Source: Bacteroidota bacterium | GTDB taxonomy: Bacteria > Bacteroidota > Bacteroidia > M30B66 | Direction: 5' to 3' | Assembly (NCBI GenBank): GCA_947460255.1 | Contig: CANHIS010000005.1 | Coordinates: forward strand, 6,884 to 70,883 | Length of the DNA: 64,000 nucleotides | Position numbers and translations under genes: made by a program | Shown: piece after piece, positions 31,201-38,419 of the stretch | How positions within the stretch are numbered: the first letter of the stretch is position 1 | Layout: each line of letters begins with the position of its first letter | Notes under the pieces: generated by a model | What the model was told of the DNA's origin: nothing | Database searches by the model: none | The model's input: the letters and a program-made list of their open reading frames with translations, nothing else

Positions 31201-31558
31201 CTGTGCGGGAAAGATTTCCAATAGATGGTGCTATTCGGATATTGTGGAGTTCGGTAAAATCAGCTTCTTGGATTTGCACATAGATTTCACCTTGATCGGG
31301 CACCATAAATGACCGTGTAAATTTCGGCAAATCGGGAGTTCCCTTTTTCAAAAAAGGCGTGCTTCCAGAAATTACTGGTATCACTGCTGGGCCATTGGCA
31401 GTATTCACTTCTTTGAACGAATAGTTTCCTAACTCGAAACGAACGGTGGTAGATTGGAAGCCTTGCACTTCATCTAACACTGCAATTCTGGTTTCTTGAG
31501 AAATCCCGACTAGCGCGAAAAAGCCTAAAATGAAACTGAGGATAATTCTGATTTTCAT
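28211..31558 (-). CDS. C25 family (gingipain-like) cysteine peptidase with T9SS C-terminal sorting domain
   Basis: Signal peptide MKIRIILSFILGFFALVGISQ. C25 catalytic region with His in YTGHGSSQSF and Cys in WSVACVNGEFD. There is a long C-terminal extension, and the final ~80 aa (LFPNPTNSILQI…GVYLFRLQ…) are a T9SS CTD. ATG at 31558. The track start at 31621 is upstream of the signal peptide. Confidence 0.85.
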   Translation of the reverse strand: MKIRIILSFILGFFALVGISQETRIAVLDEVQGFQSTTVRFELGNYSFKEVNTANGPAVIPVISGSTPFLKKGTPDLPKFTRSFMVPDQGEIYVQIQEADFTELHNIRIAPSIGNLSRTENPANFLRTNGAKYLENAFFPAGEVELRDPYILSGVRGVTLLFQPFRYNPVTQTLRIYHEITATIGCRVEAQGINERTVSVPRIPLVEDQQIQQKHFLNFPVDRYEVPTHWGKMLIISHPAFMPAMQPFIAWKKATGMQVETISYATLGSEAAIQNAIAERYQNGLKYVVLVGDIAQIPSPTRSGGKSDPSYGYVEGDDAYPEVFIGRFSAESIADVEIQVQKALQYEQATAGNHFENVTGIASNEGPGDDNELDYEHIRNMEADLLNFTYSSANEFFDGSQGDVDGEGNPTPSDIASAIDAGTGLILYTGHGSSQSFSSSGFSNNEITQLDNAGKLPVIWSVACVNGEFDNGTCFGEAWLRARQGNTPTGAATVFMSSINQSWNPPMSAQDEMVDILAGLNQSNQGRTFGSISLSGCMLMNDEYGAAGDEITDTWHIFGDPSLHVRTRAPQILEVTHPTSLIIGESSVTVYSNVENTRIALVQSGIILATGLISGGSCVLEFEPLSSVELIQVTGTAFNYAPYLGSIEVQPPNAPYLVYQQSEIIDQTGNNNALADYNETAQLKVTAQNIGLPLTAEVTGAISENSPWVSLSNPEMICNFELQNTDEYVSTSCFEFSILDGVPDQTQVIFQVNLDDGSGNNWTVNVPVILHAPSMVVPSYQFLELNGNNNGRPDPGELVRISLSNLNNGSSTSSIGLPNLAFTSPQIQQQANSGNTATIDPAANQTVSFDLLISPEFPRSQTENFQYTATFGAYSATFSFDLLIGAIIEDAESGGFTQFPWNNVSDSPWFNDNSTAFEGQNSLRSGAINHNELSELVLDYIVSEPGEIRFHRKVSSEDGYDFLQFYIDGALQAEWSGELNWAEFSYSVLPGEHNFTWVYRKDDVFTSNMDAAWIDFIVLPPSDDNTATNTLEVSQSTVLFPNPTNSILQIRGIEKGAYSFTWLDISGRTVDSGNLNVTENEATSVDVPTGISAGVYLFRLQAGSLIKTFRVSIQP

Positions 31559-31605
31559 AACGTTGAATGAAGTATAAAGGTAAAAATATGCTTGATTCAA
31601 GGCAC

Positions 31606-31632
31606 AAAAAAACCGGAACAAATATTCCGGTT
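31606..31632 (-). terminator. intrinsic terminator on minus strand downstream of zinc metallopeptidase gene
   Basis: The minus strand reads AACCGGAATATTTGTTCCGGTTTTTTTGTGCC: stem CCGGAA/TTCCGG followed by T7. Confidence 0.55.
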
Positions 31633-31661
31633 TATCGCAGTCTTTATCTGAATGAGGTGCT

Positions 31662-32342
31662 TTAGTCTCTTCTGCCAGTTAGAATCGAAATGTAATACAG
31701 CAGAGAAGCCAGTGAGCCAATTGCAGCAACTACATAAGTTGATGCTGCCCAATTGAGTGCGTCTTTAGCTTGGTCGTTCTCTTTTCCATAAGTCAGATTG
31801 GTGTTCGACATCCAAGCAAGTGCTCTTTTGGAAGCATCAAATTCGACCGGTAAAGTGATAAATGAAAAGATGGTCGTTAGCGCGAAAAGTACAACACCTA
31901 TCAAGAGCAATGCTGGAAAAGTGTTGATCATCAGAATGCCTCCAATGATAATCCACTGCACAATATTGGAGGAAAACTGAACCACTGGAACTAAGGCAGA
32001 ACGCATGTTTAACCAAGCATAAGCTCGGGCGTGTTGCACCGCGTGACCACATTCATGCGCAGCAACTGCGGCAGCGGCTACACTTCGGGTGTTGTACACT
32101 TCAGGGCTAAGATTCACGGTTTTTTCGAGAGGATTGTAGTGGTCTGATAAAAACCCTTCCACCGAAATCACTTTTACGTCGTAGATTCCTTCATCGCGAA
32201 GCATTTTTTCGGCTACTTCTCGGCCAGTGAGGCCTGCAGAAAGCGGCACTTCGCTGTACTCTTTAAATTTACTTTTTAGTCGGTATGAAACGAACCAGCT
32301 GGCCGCCATTACCAAGATGAGGATCAAATAGATTCCCGGCAT
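31662..32342 (-). CDS. membrane-anchored zinc metallopeptidase (YugP/Zn_peptidase_2-like)
   Basis: HECGHAVQH (HExxH) after an N-terminal TM helix (MPGIYLILILVMAASWFV), with C-terminal TM segments. ATG at 32342. Confidence 0.75.
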   Translation of the reverse strand: MPGIYLILILVMAASWFVSYRLKSKFKEYSEVPLSAGLTGREVAEKMLRDEGIYDVKVISVEGFLSDHYNPLEKTVNLSPEVYNTRSVAAAAVAAHECGHAVQHARAYAWLNMRSALVPVVQFSSNIVQWIIIGGILMINTFPALLLIGVVLFALTTIFSFITLPVEFDASKRALAWMSNTNLTYGKENDQAKDALNWAASTYVVAAIGSLASLLYYISILTGRRD

Positions 32343-32593
32343 TTTTTTAAGTTTTAAGTTGTATGAACGAAGCGTGCTTGTCAAATGGTATTCCAAGCCC
32401 AAAATACAAGCATAATGACAGTTAGCCTGACAAAAGGTTCACTTGCGCCACAGGATCTCATAACATGAATGAGAAAATCCATCAAAGCTAACCATGAGTC
32501 ATTTTGTCATGTAAGTTTAATTTATACTGCCATTGTGGCGCTTTTTGTCAAGTGGAACAATGATTGAAAAAGCCAGAGAAAAATAAACGCACT

Positions 32594-33028
32594 ATGACAC
32601 TGATCAAATTTAACAAGAACGCAAACAGAAGTTTTGCACCTGTGTTTCCTTCACTATTAAACGAAATGATGGAAGATTTACGCTTAAACAATGGTGGATC
32701 TGCATTACCAGCCGTAAACATTTCGGAATCTGAAAGTGGATTTCACATTGATTTGAGCATTCCTGGATTTGGGAAAGAGGAGATCACGATTTCACTCGAC
32801 GAAAACAACTTAATTGTAACTGGAGAGAAAACCGCTGAGAAAGTAGATCAAGAAAAACGATTCACGCGAAAAGAATTCGGTTATCAGAATTTCAAAAGAA
32901 CCTTCACATTACCCGAAAATGTAAATGAGGAAGCGATTGTAGCAAAGTTTGAAAATGGAATCCTCAAACTCGAATTGCCAAAGAAGGAAAACAATCAAAA
33001 GGTTTCTAGAAAGATCGAGCTTCAATAA
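32594..33028 (+). CDS. Hsp20/alpha-crystallin family small heat-shock protein
   Basis: Alpha-crystallin domain (…GFHIDLSIPGFGKEEITISLDENNLIVTGEK…FENGILKLELPKKE). The track start is a TTG (32564). The ATG is at 32594. Confidence 0.9.
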   Translation: MTLIKFNKNANRSFAPVFPSLLNEMMEDLRLNNGGSALPAVNISESESGFHIDLSIPGFGKEEITISLDENNLIVTGEKTAEKVDQEKRFTRKEFGYQNFKRTFTLPENVNEEAIVAKFENGILKLELPKKENNQKVSRKIELQ

Positions 33029-33114
33029 TCGATCAAGACTTTTGAAAGCGCGTCACGGAAACGTTGGCGCGCTTTCATGCTTTGTAGCCAAACGTAATTG
33101 AGTATGTTTACCGA

Positions 33115-34041
33115 ATGCAGCAACCCGAGACTTGGTCGGTTATCCTGAATCCTTCTGCGAAAGGTGGAAATGCAGCGAAAAGCTGGAGAATGCTGGAGAA
33201 ACAACTCCAAGCTACTCAAGTTTCCTATAAACTTCATTTGACTGAAAGATCTGGCGATGGAACGCGAATCGCTCATCAAATCATACAATCTGGAGATCGA
33301 AAAATATTGATTGTTGGTGGTGATGGAAGCTTGAACGAAGTGATTCAAGCTATTCTAGAACAAGCAATTGTTCCGCCAACAGAAATTCAAGTTGCCATTT
33401 TTGCTGCAGGCACGGGGAATGACTTTGTGAAAACATGGAAGATACCACTGAACATTGAGCCGTTTGTAAAAATGCTCCAACGAGGAAATGTGGCTATTCA
33501 AGACGCCGGAGCCATTCAATACCTCAACACCAACAAGCCTAAGCAATATTTCATCAACGTTGCAGGAATTGGCTTCGATGCTTTGGTGGCTTACCGTGCC
33601 AATGAAGCCAAAAAATCAGGAAAATCAGGACTTCTCACCTACATAAGCGCGTTAATTGGAAGTTTAAAGACTTATCAAGCAGTACATTGTGAAGTAGAAA
33701 TCGATGGGAAATCATCTAGTTTTTCAGTTTTTACAGTACTTGCAGGAATTGGAAAGTATGCTGGAAGTGGAATGAAGCTCGTTCCAGACGCGATTCCAAA
33801 TGATGGTTTGTTCCATGTTACTGCGGTTCGTCAAATTTCTAAAATGAAAATCGTACGGAACCTTGGAAAGCTTTTCAGTGGGAGATTTACGCATTTCAAG
33901 GAAGTACATGTAACAACAGCCAAAGTAGTTCGTGTTATTCCAAGCTCACAGCTTTTTGTAGAAGCAGATGGAGAATCGGTTGGCAGTGGAGCCGTTGAAT
34001 TCAGTATTTTGCCTGCTCAAATCAAAATCACCATTCCCTAA
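33115..34041 (+). CDS. diacylglycerol kinase catalytic-domain family lipid kinase (YegS/BmrU-like)
   Basis: ILIVGGDGSLNEV motif and a DAGK_cat-like fold. 308 aa. Confidence 0.85.
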   Translation: MQQPETWSVILNPSAKGGNAAKSWRMLEKQLQATQVSYKLHLTERSGDGTRIAHQIIQSGDRKILIVGGDGSLNEVIQAILEQAIVPPTEIQVAIFAAGTGNDFVKTWKIPLNIEPFVKMLQRGNVAIQDAGAIQYLNTNKPKQYFINVAGIGFDALVAYRANEAKKSGKSGLLTYISALIGSLKTYQAVHCEVEIDGKSSSFSVFTVLAGIGKYAGSGMKLVPDAIPNDGLFHVTAVRQISKMKIVRNLGKLFSGRFTHFKEVHVTTAKVVRVIPSSQLFVEADGESVGSGAVEFSILPAQIKITIP

Positions 34042-34409
34042 TGTTTTTCGGAAAGAAAACCACCCGTTGGTTCATGGTATTTAGTAGTATCGAGAAAGCC
34101 AAAGAATTGGTTCCTCTCAATAAAACAGCACGCATTGAAGTGGATGGCAAATTGCTTTGTCTCGCACGAACCGAAAAAGGCTTCTTTGCATTGGATGAAA
34201 AATGTCCTCATCAAAATCTTCCAATCACCCACGGTGGAATTTGCGAAAACGGAACAGTGGTTTGTCCGTTCCACCGCTACGCGTGGGATTTAAAAACAGG
34301 CAGAGAGGTTGAGCGTCGTAGCGGAAATATCAATTTGTATCCTGTGGAAGAAAGAGAAACAGGGCTTTTCGTTGGGATCGAGAAGAAAACCGGCGGACTT
34401 TTCGGTTAG
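34041..34409 (+). CDS. Rieske [2Fe-2S] domain protein (small, NirD-like)
   Basis: CPHQNLPITHGG…CPFHRYAW gives CxH-x(15-17)-CxxH. The start overlaps the upstream stop (TAATG). Confidence 0.8.
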   Translation: MFFGKKTTRWFMVFSSIEKAKELVPLNKTARIEVDGKLLCLARTEKGFFALDEKCPHQNLPITHGGICENGTVVCPFHRYAWDLKTGREVERRSGNINLYPVEERETGLFVGIEKKTGGLFG

Positions 34410-35698
34410 TTCAGCGGAACAACTTTCAGCGATTCTGATAAAGGAAAAACAAGTTCCGAAACAAGTGCACCTTTCTTTAAGTGTGCAATTTGTTGCTTGC
34501 CATCTAATTGCACGATCATGCAGCCACCAACAGGATTGCTACAACGATCGAATTTCTTTCCATCAAACAAGAAATTCCCATCTAAATCAATTAATTCATA
34601 TTGAATACCGTTCTTCGTTGCAGCGGCTACGCCTTGATGATATGTGCCAATTGACTTCCAAATGGCTGGAACTACAATCATACAATTTCGGTCGGTGATT
34701 CCCGCCCAACGGTCTTCGGGTTCGCCTGAAGTGTAAACGAAAACGCCTTCTTCAGCAAATTCAAGCGATTCGAAAAAGTCGAGTGAACATGTTTTTCCAG
34801 AACCATCCAGCAATGTCCAACCTTTGGTGGTGAGTACTGCTGCGGTTCCAAGATGATGCCCAGAAACTTCCAAAAATTCGGCATTGGTGAGCAGTTTGGC
34901 TTGTGAAACATCCACAAATCCAAACAGGTCATTTTTTAAGTATGGCACCAATGGAGAACCGGGATCGGGAACAATGTCGAGAAACGGCCCGAGTTTTATT
35001 TCACCTTGCTGATTGATCAAGTAAAATCCATCGTCTTCCTGCACCCAAGCGTGGTTGTATCGAAAGGGGAACGCCATCGGATACGCTCTTTGGTTGATGT
35101 ATTTCCCTTCCGTGTCGATATACTTCCAACCTCCAGCACCGGGATCATATACAAGAGCACGCTTACAAGAAAATTCAGGCCGAACATCTTCAATTTCGCA
35201 GTGGTACTTTGGCTTAAGTTGCCACTTGCCGTTTTTGCCTGCAAATCCCCAACAAGTTCCATCTCGCAAGGCAATGCTTCCTTCTGAAAACACACCTGCA
35301 TCGGTAAACTTAGGCTTCACGATGACTTTACCCATAGAATCGGCTAAACCCCACAAGCCCTCGAAACGAAATGGGTAAATACCGTCTTTCCCGGGGCGAA
35401 CTTCCTCAACAGGCATCACAGATAAAGCCTCCAAATTGGCAGAAAAAAGCCTAAAACCTGGCTGTTGCGTGCTTTTGATGGCAATTCGATTCTTTGAAAG
35501 CACAACAAATGAGTCCACCTCTGGCACTGAAGCAAAAGGCGCTTCAATGCATTTTAACGTGTACGGTGGTTTGTCGCCAATGCGTAAAAGCGATTGACCG
35601 AAACCGATTGAGCTGAGTAAAATCAGGCAAACAAGGCCGACAAAGGGAAGGTTTCCTTTACGCGGATTCCCTTTTCGGTGTGATGCAAAGTGGCGCAT
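34406..35698 (-). CDS. WG-repeat (KWG) containing protein, secreted
   Basis: Repeated ~40-aa units with WG dipeptides (GLWGLADSMGKVIVKPKF, GTCWGFAGKNGKWQLKPKY, …). N-terminal hydrophobic stretch LPFVGLVCLILLSSIGFGQ. Its 5' end overlaps the MBL hydrolase 3' end by 76 nt, so the true start may be later. Confidence 0.7.
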   Translation of the reverse strand: MRHFASHRKGNPRKGNLPFVGLVCLILLSSIGFGQSLLRIGDKPPYTLKCIEAPFASVPEVDSFVVLSKNRIAIKSTQQPGFRLFSANLEALSVMPVEEVRPGKDGIYPFRFEGLWGLADSMGKVIVKPKFTDAGVFSEGSIALRDGTCWGFAGKNGKWQLKPKYHCEIEDVRPEFSCKRALVYDPGAGGWKYIDTEGKYINQRAYPMAFPFRYNHAWVQEDDGFYLINQQGEIKLGPFLDIVPDPGSPLVPYLKNDLFGFVDVSQAKLLTNAEFLEVSGHHLGTAAVLTTKGWTLLDGSGKTCSLDFFESLEFAEEGVFVYTSGEPEDRWAGITDRNCMIVVPAIWKSIGTYHQGVAAATKNGIQYELIDLDGNFLFDGKKFDRCSNPVGGCMIVQLDGKQQIAHLKKGALVSELVFPLSESLKVVPLN

Positions 35699-36465
35699 TC
35701 AACAGATTTATCGTGCTCAAAAAACAATACCCATTCTTCATCCGCGGCGCGTTTCAAGATGACCGCTTTCTCATCCAAAGTAAGCAAAGGACGCGTGTCG
35801 TAAGCCATCACCCACGCAACAGGAACATGCACTGGAGAGGCTAACAAATCGGCCATATAAAGCAATTTTTTGTCGCCAATTTGAACCAAAGGCAACATCA
35901 TCGACTCGGTATGCCCATGCACACGAATGATTTCTATTTGGTCAGTAAAACGGTCTGATTCCGCAAAACGAAGCTGCCCAGATTCCTGAATTGGAAGAAT
36001 ATTTTCTTTAAGAAAGGATGCCTTTTCTCGAGCGTTTGGCTCTGTTGCCCATTTCCAATGCGCTTCGTTGCTCCAAACTTGTGCATTTTTGAAAGCTGGG
36101 CGATATGCCGATTTGTCGTCGTTCCATTCAATCACTCCACCGCAATGGTCGAAATGCAGATGCGTCAGGAATACATCGGTGATTTCATCTCGGTGGTAAC
36201 CGGCAGCCTTGAGCGATTTGTCAAGACTATCATCGCCATGCATGAAGTAATGCGAGAAAAACTTGTCGTTCTGCTTGTTACCCATTCCTGTGTCGATGAG
36301 GATGAGGCGATTTCCTTCTTCAATCAACATGCATCGCATGGCCCAAGAACACATATTATTCTCGTCGGCAGGATAAAGTGGATGCCACATAGACTTGGGA
36401 ACTACGCCAAACATGGCGCCACCATCGAGTTTGAAGTGCCCAGAATTGATAACTGATAATTTCAT
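35623..36465 (-). CDS. MBL-fold metallo-hydrolase
   Basis: HLHFDHCGG (HxHxDH) and a downstream His/Asp ligand. Start set to the ATG at 36465 (MKLSVINSGHFKLDGGAMFGVVPK). The longer track ORF would overlap mpl on the other strand. Confidence 0.8.
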   Translation of the reverse strand: MKLSVINSGHFKLDGGAMFGVVPKSMWHPLYPADENNMCSWAMRCMLIEEGNRLILIDTGMGNKQNDKFFSHYFMHGDDSLDKSLKAAGYHRDEITDVFLTHLHFDHCGGVIEWNDDKSAYRPAFKNAQVWSNEAHWKWATEPNAREKASFLKENILPIQESGQLRFAESDRFTDQIEIIRVHGHTESMMLPLVQIGDKKLLYMADLLASPVHVPVAWVMAYDTRPLLTLDEKAVILKRAADEEWVLFFEHDKSVECATLHHTEKGIRVKETFPLSALFA

Positions 36466-36554
36466 ATTTACTGTACTGTGTGCTGTTGACAAAATCCTGA
36501 AATCGTTTTCAGGTGTTCGGTAGGCGGGGCTAAATTTACCGGAAAAAAGGAGAC

Positions 36555-37916
36555 ATGAAGGTTCATTTGATAGCGATTGGTGGAAGTGCCATGCATAATT
36601 TGGCAATTGCCTTACACAGAGCGGGTCATACCGTTTCAGGATCAGACGATGAGATATTTGAACCTTCACGAACCCGACTGGCTAATTTGGGGCTTTTGCC
36701 TGCGGCGGATGGTTGGTTTCCAGAAAAAATTACATCCGAACTCGATGCCATCATTTTAGGTATGCACGCTCGCATCGACAATCCCGAATTGTTGAAAGCG
36801 CAGGAATTGGGACTGAAAATTTATTCTTATCCTGGTTACATTTACCAGGAAAGCAAAGACAAAACGCGCGCGGTGATTGGTGGAAGTCATGGCAAAACCT
36901 CTATCACTGCGATGGTATTGCATGCGATGAGCCATGCGGGAATGGACTGCGACTATCTGGTTGGTGCGCAGCTAAAAGGATTCGATACCATGGTGAGGAT
37001 TCAGCCTGAAACACCTAGAATTCTGCTAGAAGGTGATGAGTACCTAGCATCGCCGCTAGAACGCGTTCCAAAGTTTCATTTGTATCATCCACACATCGCA
37101 CTTTTGAGCGGAGTAGCTTGGGACCATATCAATGTGTTCCCCACCTTTGAATCTTATGTGGAGCAATTCAGCATTTTCGCAGATAAAATCGAACCCAATG
37201 GTGCATTGATTTACTATTCTGGCGATCCTGAATTGGTAAAAATTGCAGAAGGTGCTAGATCAGATATTCGTTTGATGCCTTACGATACGCATCCATTTGA
37301 AATCGAAAATGGGATTACACAATTACTTACCGCTCAAGGGAAAATTCCATTGTTGGTTTTTGGTCGTCACAACCTTCAGAATATCAACGGTGCAAGAATG
37401 GTTTGCAACGAGTTGGGCTTGTCGGATGATGCATTTTACGAAGCCATCCAAAGTTTCGGTGGTGCAGCTCGAAGATTAGAGTTGGTGCATCGAAATGATT
37501 TCATGAGCATTTTCAAGGATTTCGCACACTCTCCATCGAAGCTAAAAGCAACCACTGAAGCAGTGCGGGAACAATTCCCCAGCAGGAAATTAATTGCCTG
37601 TATGGAATTGCACACCTTCAGTAGCTTGAATGCTGAGTTTTTAGAGGAATACAAGGGCTCGATGGAAGGCGCCGACAAAGCGTTTGTTTACTTCAATCCG
37701 CACACGGTGGAGCACAAAAAATTGTCGCCGATTACCTCCGAGCAAGTGGCAATGGCATTTGGAAGCAACAATGTAGAAGTGTTCAACGACTCTTCCAAGT
37801 TACTTGCGGCGCTTCAGCAGGAAGATTGGAAAAACAGCACCTTGTTGATGATGAGTTCAGGAAACTTCGACGGGATCAAGTTTGAGGAGCTTCCTCAGTT
37901 ACTTCATTTGGCTTGA
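36555..37916 (+). CDS. mpl: UDP-N-acetylmuramate:L-alanyl-gamma-D-glutamyl-meso-diaminopimelate ligase (Mur ligase family)
   Basis: MKVHLIAIGGSAMHNLAIALHRAGHTVSGSD N-terminus (Mpl/MurC-like), GGSHGKTS P-loop, Mur ligase middle and C domains. 453 aa. Confidence 0.85.
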   Translation: MKVHLIAIGGSAMHNLAIALHRAGHTVSGSDDEIFEPSRTRLANLGLLPAADGWFPEKITSELDAIILGMHARIDNPELLKAQELGLKIYSYPGYIYQESKDKTRAVIGGSHGKTSITAMVLHAMSHAGMDCDYLVGAQLKGFDTMVRIQPETPRILLEGDEYLASPLERVPKFHLYHPHIALLSGVAWDHINVFPTFESYVEQFSIFADKIEPNGALIYYSGDPELVKIAEGARSDIRLMPYDTHPFEIENGITQLLTAQGKIPLLVFGRHNLQNINGARMVCNELGLSDDAFYEAIQSFGGAARRLELVHRNDFMSIFKDFAHSPSKLKATTEAVREQFPSRKLIACMELHTFSSLNAEFLEEYKGSMEGADKAFVYFNPHTVEHKKLSPITSEQVAMAFGSNNVEVFNDSSKLLAALQQEDWKNSTLLMMSSGNFDGIKFEELPQLLHLA

Positions 37917-38416
37917 GTAACAGGAAACTTCTTGACCATCATGCGGGAAGTCATTGCTGCATAGAAAGTTCCGAGCACCAAGATTCCCACGAAAGTGAAC
38001 ACGAGCCAAGTGATTTCGAAGGGAAAATTGGCTGTGCTTTTCTTCCACGCTTCGATGTTTTCTGCTGAAGTTTGCTGTTCAACCATGTCGGCCACCCGTT
38101 GATCAACAAATCTCAATTTGTAGTTGGGATCTAGGAAGTTCAGGTAAACGTAGATGTAAAGCGAATAGGCTAAAGAGAACAGCGCCGCTACAGACATGCC
38201 GGACTTGAAGGCTTCCTTGAACGGAATTCCATTGGGGAAGCTGAGTTTTCGGCGTTCCTCCATGCTTCGGTACATGCCGATGAGCAAGAATCCGAGAACT
38301 GGCAGAAGTGGATATTTTCCGATCGCCATATCTACCCAACCTGTAAGAAGAAGGAGGGTTTTCCAAATCATGGAAAGTGCTAAAATGAGGATTGCTCCTT
38401 TGGTTTCCGGTTTCAC
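37904..38416 (-). CDS. small multi-pass membrane protein (DUF4199-like)
   Basis: 170 aa with four hydrophobic helices. GTG start. Convergent 13-nt overlap with the mpl 3' end. Confidence 0.5.
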   Translation of the reverse strand: MKPETKGAILILALSMIWKTLLLLTGWVDMAIGKYPLLPVLGFLLIGMYRSMEERRKLSFPNGIPFKEAFKSGMSVAALFSLAYSLYIYVYLNFLDPNYKLRFVDQRVADMVEQQTSAENIEAWKKSTANFPFEITWLVFTFVGILVLGTFYAAMTSRMMVKKFPVTQAK

Positions 38417-38419
38417 GGT

